48,601 nucleotides of DNA from Bacteroidota bacterium (GTDB lineage Bacteria > Bacteroidota > Ignavibacteria > Kapaibacteriales > UBA961), in contig JBPOHH010000515.1 in NCBI GenBank assembly GCA_052035765.1, positions 1 to 48,601 on the forward strand, in the 5' to 3' direction. Each line of letters begins with the position of its first letter. The first letter of the stretch is position 1. A program made the translations under genes and the position numbers. This document shows, piece after piece, positions 45,144 through 48,601 of the stretch. The notes beneath the pieces are model-generated. The model saw nothing but the letters and a program-made list of their open reading frames with translations, was not told the DNA's origin and searched no databases.

Positions 45144-48100
45144 CTATCCTTTTGATGCAAGGCGTAGTAATTCACGAATGCAAAGAAGTAGCTTTGTCGA
45201 TGTAAAGGGCTTGAGAAGTACAGAAGAAATGCCGGCTGACTGTAGACTCCCTAACATCTCATCGCGTATCATTACGCCGCTGATGGCAATGATGGGAATA
45301 TCGGGAGAGTATTTCCGAAGGTTTTTAGCAAGTTCAATACCATTGATTCCGGGCATCATCATGTCGGTAATAACAAGGGATAAAGCGTCACGATTTTCAT
45401 GAAAAAGCGTAATTGCTTCCTCACCTGAAGAAGCTGTACGAACAGAATATCCATACGCTTCTACTATATTGGCAGTGGTCGTACGTACTAATTCTTCATC
45501 ATCGATGATGAGGATTGTTTCGTTTTTGTGCATTGATTCCACCACTTCGTTCGCTGTGCCGATGACTTCTGCCTTCGATTGACTCTCCGGGATATAAATA
45601 GTAAAGTTCGTGCCTACCTCTACTTCACTTTCGAGCGTGATGAATCCACCGTGATTGCGAACAATCGCAAACACGGTCGTCAGACCGATACCGGTACCTT
45701 TGCCCACATCTTTGGTGGTGAAAAATGGTTCGAAAATTTTATCGTGCAATTCCACCGGTATTCCTTTGCCGGTATCACGTACACTAATCGTAACATACGC
45801 GCCGGGCTTGGCGTCGATAAATCGCTTCAGAAGTGATTCTGTAGCAACGACATAGCCGGCTTCTACCGTGAGTGTACCTCCTAGAACTGCCATCGCATCT
45901 CGTGCATTGATACAGAGATTCATGATGATCTGATGGATCTGCGTCGAATTCCCATCGACAATGAGTCCTTCACGCGGCATGCTGACCACCACAGCTATTT
46001 CTTTAGGGAATGTCTCGCGGGTAATTTTGATCACTTCATCGATGATATTTTTCACGTTAATGGGTTCACGCTCCTCCTTCGAACCCTTTGCAAAGGTCAA
46101 TATCTGGCTAATCAACCCTGAGGCGCGTTGCACATTAGTGATAAGCCGATGTACAATTTCTTTCGTACCGGCATCGGGTGATTTCATTCTCACGAGTTCC
46201 ATCCCAAGTACAATCGGTGTAAGAATATTATTGAGATCATGCGCAATTCCGCTGGCAAGAGTACCAATACTTTCAAGACGTTGCGCACGGAACAACTGCT
46301 GCTGCATACTTCGCTTCTCGGTGATGTCACTGTTGGTAATTAAAATCGCAGTCGGCTCCAGGTCTGCGTTCCGAACAAGCTTCCATCTTCCCTGAACGAG
46401 GATTTTTTTTCCGTCTTTGACGGTTTTCCAGAATTCACCTCTCCACTCACCTGTGGATAAGACAGTCTGCCGTGCGGCTTCAAATTCTAGCGTATCTCCA
46501 ACACAACTCAAATCTTGCGCGTATTGCCCGATAGCTTCGGCAGCCGAATATCCATACACTTGTTCGGCTCCCTTGCTCCAGTAGTCAATCTCAAAATTCA
46601 AATTGCAGACGATAATTGCATCCGGGACAATGTCAAGCAGTGATGCCTGCTCATGAAGTTTATTTTCAAATCTTCTCTGTTCAGTCACATCCCGAAGGAT
46701 CACCGTCGAAAGCTTTTCATCACATGTTTCGATGATAGAAATCGATGCTTCAATTGGAAATTCCTCACCATTCGACCGCACACCGCCAAGTGACTTGGAA
46801 TGCCGCATATACCGAGCGCCGGAGACACCTTCGCTGAATTGTTTCACGGCTTCGCTGTGTCTGGCTCTCGAACCCTGTGGAATAAAACGTTCGACCGGCT
46901 TTCCGAGCGCTTCTTCGGCGGTGCACAAAAACATCTTCTCCGCCGATTTATTAAACAGCACAATATTCGAATCACGGTCAATAGAAATAATTGCATCCAT
47001 GCCTGAGTCCACGATACTATGAAGCCGCACCTGACTTTTGATGAGCTCTTCCTCGAATCTTTTTTGTTCGGATACATCATACACCGTCGAAATCAACGCC
47101 TCCTGATCGTCAAAAATCAGTTCATGAACGGAGAGAAGATAGCAGTTTGATTCGCCGGATTTCGGTCGGTGTTTGATCGGGAAGTTTCGAACATAGCCAT
47201 CGCGTTTCACGGCTTGTATCATCGAATTTCTATCATCAGTGGATTCATAGAATGCGAGGGTATCTTGTTCGTATACCTGCTCAATAGGCATCTCAAGGAT
47301 ATCGGCTAACCATTGATTGGCAAAGAGAATTTTGCCGGTGTGGATATTGGTAATTGCCATCGGTACGGTTACCGAATCGAGGATATTATGGAGGTTTTGT
47401 TCTTTTTGAAGGAGAATTTCTTCCGTTTTTTTCCGCTGAGTAATGTCATGCACCGTTCCGATAGATCGAAGAGGCGTACAGCCATCGTCATCATAAAATG
47501 TCTCCCCTTGTTCATGGACATACTTGATGCGTCCGTCGGACATCAGCAGGCGGTGTTCGATGCTGTAGCGTGTCTGATTCTTGACCGAGTCGATATAGCA
47601 ACGATGGACCATCTCACGGTCATCCGGGTGAATTGCATCGAGAAATGCTTCATACGACTCGGCGAACGTATTCGAATCGAGTTCGAAAATCCGATAAATC
47701 TCATCCGTCCAAAGGAGTTTGTTCTTCACCAAATCCAGCGTCCAGCTCCCCATCTGTGCAATTTGCTGAGCCTGATTGAGGAGTTGCTGACTTTCCTTGA
47801 GCCGCTGTTCGACATGTTTACTTGCCGTCACATCCTTAATCAAAGTATTCCATGCTTTTATTCCTTCAAATTCAACGGGATACGATACTATCTGAACATC
47901 GATTACTTCACCATTCTTCTTGATATGCCGCCAATCACTATTCGGTTCTTCGGGCTTGACGGTCGTATTAAGCAGCAGTCTGTCAATGAGTTTCGGCACA
48001 TCCTCCTGGGGGCGTATATCCTTGATTGTCATCGAAAGAAATTCCTCTTTGGAATATCCGTACTGCGCGATTGCTGCATCATTTACTTCCAGAAATCGCA

Positions 48101-48581
48101 ATGTACCCGCCTCAAACACCCACATAGGTTGTGGATTTTTATGAAACATATTCCGATATTTTTCTTCACTCCTTGCTAGTGCATCTTCGGCTTTTTTGCG
48201 TGCGGTGCAATCACTTACCGATGTAAGAATTGCAGCAATGTGCGGCACATGAAGTAAATTTTTGAATAAACCTTCAACATTCATCCATGTACCATCTTTT
48301 GCCCGCAATCTATACGATACATGCAGCTCAGCCTCCGGGTTCTGCGCGAGGTGATAAAACTCCTTCATCAACCAGGGCAGATCATCAGGATGCACAGTAT
48401 CAAATACAGACGTATGCTCCACTTCATGAGGAAGGTAACCGGTAGTACGGGTGATGGAGGGTAATACGTGGAGGATTGTTCCGCTACGGTCTGTCAGCCG
48501 AACAATATCTTTACCAAATGCTAGAATTTCGGGAATTTTTACACCTCCATGATCAGCATTGAAACTGCACAAATCTTCCAT
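45144..48581 (-). CDS. Cytoplasmic multi-PAS hybrid sensor histidine kinase (PAS x ~7, HisKA, HATPase, REC)
   Basis: 1145 aa with no TM segment. Repeated PAS/PAC blocks (…[13 protein letters not shown]…, …[12 protein letters not shown]…, …[12 protein letters not shown]…, …[11 protein letters not shown]…). H-box [25 protein letters not shown] and GTGIGL boxes. REC: ILIIDDE...[13 protein letters not shown]...LLKPF. Confidence 0.9.
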   Translation of the reverse strand: MEDLCSFNADHGGVKIPEILAFGKDIVRLTDRSGTILHVLPSITRTTGYLPHEVEHTSVFDTVHPDDLPWLMKEFYHLAQNPEAELHVSYRLRAKDGTWMNVEGLFKNLLHVPHIAAILTSVSDCTARKKAEDALARSEEKYRNMFHKNPQPMWVFEAGTLRFLEVNDAAIAQYGYSKEEFLSMTIKDIRPQEDVPKLIDRLLLNTTVKPEEPNSDWRHIKKNGEVIDVQIVSYPVEFEGIKAWNTLIKDVTASKHVEQRLKESQQLLNQAQQIAQMGSWTLDLVKNKLLWTDEIYRIFELDSNTFAESYEAFLDAIHPDDREMVHRCYIDSVKNQTRYSIEHRLLMSDGRIKYVHEQGETFYDDDGCTPLRSIGTVHDITQRKKTEEILLQKEQNLHNILDSVTVPMAITNIHTGKILFANQWLADILEMPIEQVYEQDTLAFYESTDDRNSMIQAVKRDGYVRNFPIKHRPKSGESNCYLLSVHELIFDDQEALISTVYDVSEQKRFEEELIKSQVRLHSIVDSGMDAIISIDRDSNIVLFNKSAEKMFLCTAEEALGKPVERFIPQGSRARHSEAVKQFSEGVSGARYMRHSKSLGGVRSNGEEFPIEASISIIETCDEKLSTVILRDVTEQRRFENKLHEQASLLDIVPDAIIVCNLNFEIDYWSKGAEQVYGYSAAEAIGQYAQDLSCVGDTLEFEAARQTVLSTGEWRGEFWKTVKDGKKILVQGRWKLVRNADLEPTAILITNSDITEKRSMQQQLFRAQRLESIGTLASGIAHDLNNILTPIVLGMELVRMKSPDAGTKEIVHRLITNVQRASGLISQILTFAKGSKEEREPINVKNIIDEVIKITRETFPKEIAVVVSMPREGLIVDGNSTQIHQIIMNLCINARDAMAVLGGTLTVEAGYVVATESLLKRFIDAKPGAYVTISVRDTGKGIPVELHDKIFEPFFTTKDVGKGTGIGLTTVFAIVRNHGGFITLESEVEVGTNFTIYIPESQSKAEVIGTANEVVESMHKNETILIIDDEELVRTTTANIVEAYGYSVRTASSGEEAITLFHENRDALSLVITDMMMPGINGIELAKNLRKYSPDIPIIAISGVMIRDEMLGSLQSAGISSVLLKPFTSTKLLLCIRELLRLASKG

Positions 48582-48601
48582 AACCCTTTTATTTAAATAA
48601 T

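Noticed and set aside
47313-48179. Long (288 aa) + strand ORF, possibly a nested or antisense gene.
   Set aside because: It lies entirely antisense within the PAS region of the 1145-aa kinase. Its composition (F/L/I/R/C-rich) is typical of a reverse-frame shadow, and it has no start context or recognisable domain.
1-48601. Scan for CRISPR arrays, tRNA/rRNA/tmRNA/SRP RNA genes, transposases, integrases, toxin-antitoxin pairs and known defence genes.
   Set aside because: I saw no regularly spaced direct repeats, no tRNA-like T-arm/acceptor patterns in the spacers, and no recombinase, nuclease-helicase or TA-like small ORF pairs. All spacers are 283 bp or shorter. The window looks like core chromosome and not an accessory island.

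Overview
A 48.6-kb, densely coding chromosomal window. I call 36 protein genes, one of them an edge-truncated gene missing from the ORF track. I saw no rRNA, tRNA, CRISPR array, transposase, integrase or phage genes. Gene content suggests a motile member of the FCB superphylum (Bacteroidota / Ignavibacteriota-like). The evidence is two proteins with T9SS type-A C-terminal sorting domains, a DUF5103-like candidate T9SS plug protein, TAnnTTTG-type -7 boxes, a Bacteroidetes-style YebC N-terminus and a mitochondrial-type aconitase, together with canonical motA/motB and a chemoreceptor. Positions 1-9434 are one minus-strand run: DUF1697, DUF5103-like, xth, two tandem TlpA-like thioredoxin paralogs, tsaB, a lipoprotein, and a persulfide dioxygenase-rhodanese fusion. 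The middle holds housekeeping genes (yebC, aconitase, kynA, comF, rpmB, manC-like, rlpA, ptsI) mixed with many signalling genes: four histidine kinases, a membrane PP2C phosphatase, an MCP, a TPR-LuxR regulator and a doubly degenerate REC/HD-GYP protein. I found no clear-cut novel system such as a defence island or mobile element. The strongest leads are: (i) a motAB unit with no other flagellar genes nearby, followed by a response-regulator-like protein whose receiver Asp and HD-GYP metal ligands are all replaced; (ii) a 1547-bp-period tandem duplication of a 486-aa TlpA-like gene, with near-identical flanks (even at synonymous sites) around a diverged central cassette; (iii) an orphan vWA/coiled-coil protein with a basic amphipathic tail; (iv) a hybrid HK -> REC-HK -> membrane PP2C -> orphan ABC permease gene chain. 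All functional calls rest on motif recognition by eye. No database search was run.
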